DNA from: Bilabrum cf. latius
Lineage: Eukaryota
Direction: 5' to 3'
DNA: 64,000 bases
Assembly: GCA_965178125.1 (NCBI GenBank)
Contig: OZ237737.1
Location: 434,001 to 498,000, forward strand
Part shown: piece by piece, positions 60,801 to 64,000 of the stretch
Layout of the letters: the number at the start of each line of letters is the position of its first letter
How positions within the stretch are numbered: position 1 is the stretch's first letter
Position numbers and translations under genes: made by a program
The notes under the pieces: generated by a model
Seen by the model: the letters and a program-made list of their open reading frames with translations, nothing else
The model's database searches: none
What the model was told of the DNA's origin: nothing

Positions 60801-63800
60801 TGCAGCTAGAACGCATCAGCTGCGCTCTAGCACATCCTTTCAAATGGCTCACCCAGGTCTCCGGGTATCGACCTCCGGGTCCCAAACCTTAAAGCGATTG
60901 CTCTGGCTGAGAGACAGCTCCCCGCAAACGAAGCCGTGTCGTTCATCGCTTGCTGGGCCAATGGCAGCCTGATGTGCACTCGCACCATGCTGTGGGGCTA
61001 CCCGTACATGTTGTCGCGCCAGAACCACAGCAGCGAGCCCGGCTCGTGGCCAGCAGGCGGGACCGCTCGCAGCAGCAAAGCGCACCGCTCGAGTGGCCGC
61101 CTGCCGTCAAGCGGCACCCTATCGACACCCAGCGTAAGCCACGGCTTGCCCGGCTCGGGGCGAGTGATCGCAACCGAAACATCGCTGCTCGAAACAGCCT
61201 TGCGTTCCCCGGCGCACTCCGCTGGTGTGCGGCCTGCGCGCACCTGCTCGAGCGCCTCCTAGCAGGCTCGGTGTGAATCGCTGTCGCCACGCAGATCCAA
61301 AGTGCCAGGAATCCACGCGTTGGCAGGCGGAGGAGCCAAGTGCCAGTACGATTGAAAGTTCCTGGGCTCGCGCCACCTCTGCAGCACGGCGCTGGGAACA
61401 GGGCACGGCCTGCACCATGCACCGAACCAAGGCTCGCGCAGCCCGAATGGCAGCGGTTCTGTGGTCATCGAGGCCGGTGGCGCGCGAGTTGGCTTGCCTT
61501 CTCGACCTAGTAGATGCGAAGACATCTCGGTCTGCACCTGCGCATCCGCGCTCCTCCAGCCAACCCACCCAGGCACCACGCAGTCGTTCTCGTCGTACCT
61601 GGCTGGATCCTCCTTGCATCTTGCCGCGGCCTCTCGAGTGGCTTCCCGGATGCGAGCCGTTTGGTCGTCTGGATCAAGCTCCACCAGCGGCTTCGTCGAC
61701 GCGTTCGGTGAGCTGGGTGCCGGCGATCCGCCAGCCGGATCTGCCGCAGCAGCTGATGCAGAGGGCGTCGGGGACTCGCTCGAAGCGGTCGGGGTGGATG
61801 CTTGCGGCTGCACGGCACCCGCGTCTCTCCCAAAGAGTGAGGACACGAGCGTAGCCCTGCACAAAGACGGGGCCAGCAGTGCCGCTGTTGCGTCGCACGC
61901 AGGGCCAGTCACACCGTCCCTCCACTCGCCCGGCACATCATACTTCAGAATCGAGTCGTCGCCGACAGGCCCGGAGTGCGTTCTCTGGAGAACCTTCAGC
62001 CACCTTCGTGCGATCTCCTTAGTGTCTAATGCCAGCTGCTCCTCAGATGACTTGCAAAGGCTGAGTCCCTGCTCCTTTGCGGAGCCAAGGGCAGCTACAT
62101 GGTCCCCAGCGGCAGACTCGAGGAGCGGCAGCCATTCGTCCCCAAACAGCCTGGGGTCCTGCTCCTGCTCCTCCTCCTCCTCCTCCGTGACTTTCCCGTC
62201 GCGACTAGCGCATGCCCGTGCGATGCATCCCAGCTCGGCCAGCTGCGAGCTGATGTCTTCGGTCTGCTCGTACGGGGCGGATTCCGTGGGGTGCAAGAAG
62301 TGCATCCTCTGCAGCGCCGCCTGCTCCTCCCAGCACGGCCTGTTCGCCTCCTGGGTACGCATCATCTGAATGTACGCAAAAATGCACTCGATCACGCCCG
62401 GCCATGCCATGGCGCCGGCCCTGCTGAGCCCAACGGACACTTCAAAGACGGAGTAGGCCGCGGTCTCTTCTGAGCCCGTGCCCGCAGACAACGAGGTCGC
62501 CCAGCCCCTCCGTTGAAGCTCACGGAGCACAGAGCCCTCCCCTTCGTGGCCAAGGCAGTGCGACAAGTGCTGATCAGCAAAAGCGCGCCAGCAGCCCAAC
62601 GTCGTGGGCATGCAGAATTCCAGCTGCAGCCAGTGCCTGTCAGACACCGGGCGCACGACGTTCATCACCGGCAGGGAATCCAGGCCCCACAGCGGCCCGG
62701 CTCGCATCACTTCTTGCGACCAAGTGTACGGAGCAAGTGCAGGTGCCCCAGCCAAGGGGCCTGGCAAGGCAGCAGTTGAGGCAGCGCTCAGTTCCTCCCC
62801 AGCCCCGGCGCCCGATGCTGGCTTGCCCTCCGTGTCGGTGGACCCAGCCGCTGCCGGGGCGCTTCCTACTTCCGGTCTGGCTGCGCCTGGATCTGCGTGC
62901 AGCGCGGGAAGCGAGGGAGCAGCTTCATTGGACCCATCGCTCGGGGCCCTCTATGCCTCCCCTGGAGCAAGTGCTCGCTCGTTTTGCTCCTCTGCGTCCA
63001 TCAGGGCCCGCAGGTCAGGGACCTCGGGTATGCGGGCGAACCGCGGTGCCACGATTTCCTGCAGGCGATCAAGAGGAAGCGGAGCACGGACCACGAGGTG
63101 CATCCTGGACGAGTGGTAGTGCTCGGCGTAGAACCGCAGGAACGCTCGCCTTGGCTGGGCACCCGCTTGGCGAGGCCTCGTCCACAGGCTCCGCCAGTTG
63201 CCCCACTGGAACTTGGAGCCGGGGTGGCCTTCCCTGCCCGCCCGAAGGCTGATTTCACCTGCCCGGTTGTAATCGGACACGCTCGCGTTTGACCACTCCG
63301 AATCCACTGCCTGGAGCTCCCGCTCCGTCACGTCTGCTCGCCACAGCGGATGCTCAAAGATGGCGGACAGGCGGTCCAGCGCGCCCTCTAGGTGGGCAGG
63401 CGTGACGTCAAATGTGTAGCATGTATGGTTTGCGTACGTGGCTCCGTTGGAGCTGCCGCCGTGCTCACTCAGAAACGAGTCGTACGCGTTTTCTTCCGGG
63501 TACCGTCGAGACCCCATGAAGAGCAAGTGCTCGCAGGCATGCGCGCACCCGGGCATCCATTCCGGGTCTGAGAGAGAACCAACTGAGACTGCAAGCGCGA
63601 CCGCAGCCTGTTGGGACCCTTGCCCGTCTTCTTCGTCTGCATCGGCGCCCGCACCTGATCCACCTTCATCCTTGGAACCCGTGTCCTCCATGGCTGGAGT
63701 GTCTTCAATGAGTAGCGCACGCAATCCGTTGGTCAGCCGTATTACTCTGTACTGTTTCTTGTCTCCTGGACTTTTCATGGACCCAATTAAATCGAGACGG

Positions 63801-63853
63801 GACGCTACAGATTCAACCTCGACATCGTCGACAGAATCGCCCTTCGCTTCCAT
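57824..63853 (-). CDS. M16A zinc peptidase, nardilysin/insulysin-like (~2009 aa with large insertions)
   Basis: Motifs KSPGDKKQYR, acidic N-terminal insert, PGCAHACEHLLFMGS (HxxEH), KFQWGN, LGHEGEGS, LYDAALAG and EPLFDQLRTKEQLGYIV, all in one frame. At least 13 in-frame TAG; stop TGA at 57824. Confidence 0.92.
60436..60545 (-). repeat. Short in-frame duplication (66-bp period) encoding LLGGSGGTAAASGGAVS twice
   Basis: gcccctccagacgcagcagcagtgcctccactaccaccaagcaa occurs twice within the M16A gene. Confidence 0.8.
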
Positions 63854-64000
63854 TGAAACACGACTATACCACGACCTAGACGTTGCCAGGGGCTACTGTA
63901 TATATATAGGACCAAACAGATGCGAGATCGTATGCAATAATCCACAAGCCCGCGTGGAATTGAGCTCGCAAGAAGTTGCCAAACCATGCCGAAGCAGCGG

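Noticed and set aside
1499-63853. Mass pseudogenisation or sequencing error as the cause of the internal stops
   Set aside because: The interruptions are exclusively TAG, occur on both strands, come without frameshifts and affect essential genes.
24204-63853. Pyrrolysine insertion or programmed single-site readthrough
   Set aside because: There are many TAG per gene in unrelated genes with no common downstream context. No Pyl machinery is seen and the genome is eukaryotic.
1-64000. tRNA (including a CUA suppressor), rRNA, transposase or viral genes
   Set aside because: None recognised by eye. A covariance-model scan would be needed to exclude small RNAs.

Overview
Gene-dense, GC-rich eukaryotic nuclear DNA with short GT-AG introns. 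The style suggests a heterotrophic stramenopile such as a bicosoecid, but that taxonomy is inference only. The supplied standard-code ORF track is misleading. Hand translation shows that nearly every gene is cut only by in-frame TAG codons and ends at TGA (13 genes) or TAA (2 genes). UAG therefore appears to be a sense codon, most likely Gln, while UAA and UGA remain stops. Read that way, the fragments join into about 15 genes: REV7/MAD2L2, RFC3, a TBC Rab-GAP, a nardilysin/insulysin-type M16A peptidase, a TVP18/Flower-family protein, a bZIP factor, a ~2000-aa Tudor-knot-like nuclear protein, an ankyrin protein, a mitochondria-targeted alpha/beta-hydrolase-like protein, a candidate gustatory-receptor-like 7TM channel, a head-to-head pair of paralogous secreted proteins, a ~5650-aa type-I membrane metalloprotease-adhesin built from a duplicated module, an uncharacterised low-complexity protein, and a secreted beta-helix gene interrupted by a 438-bp insertion with a 6-bp direct repeat. 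A G-rich 63-bp minisatellite abuts a decayed ankyrin-gene fragment. All family calls come from motif recognition by eye, not database searches.
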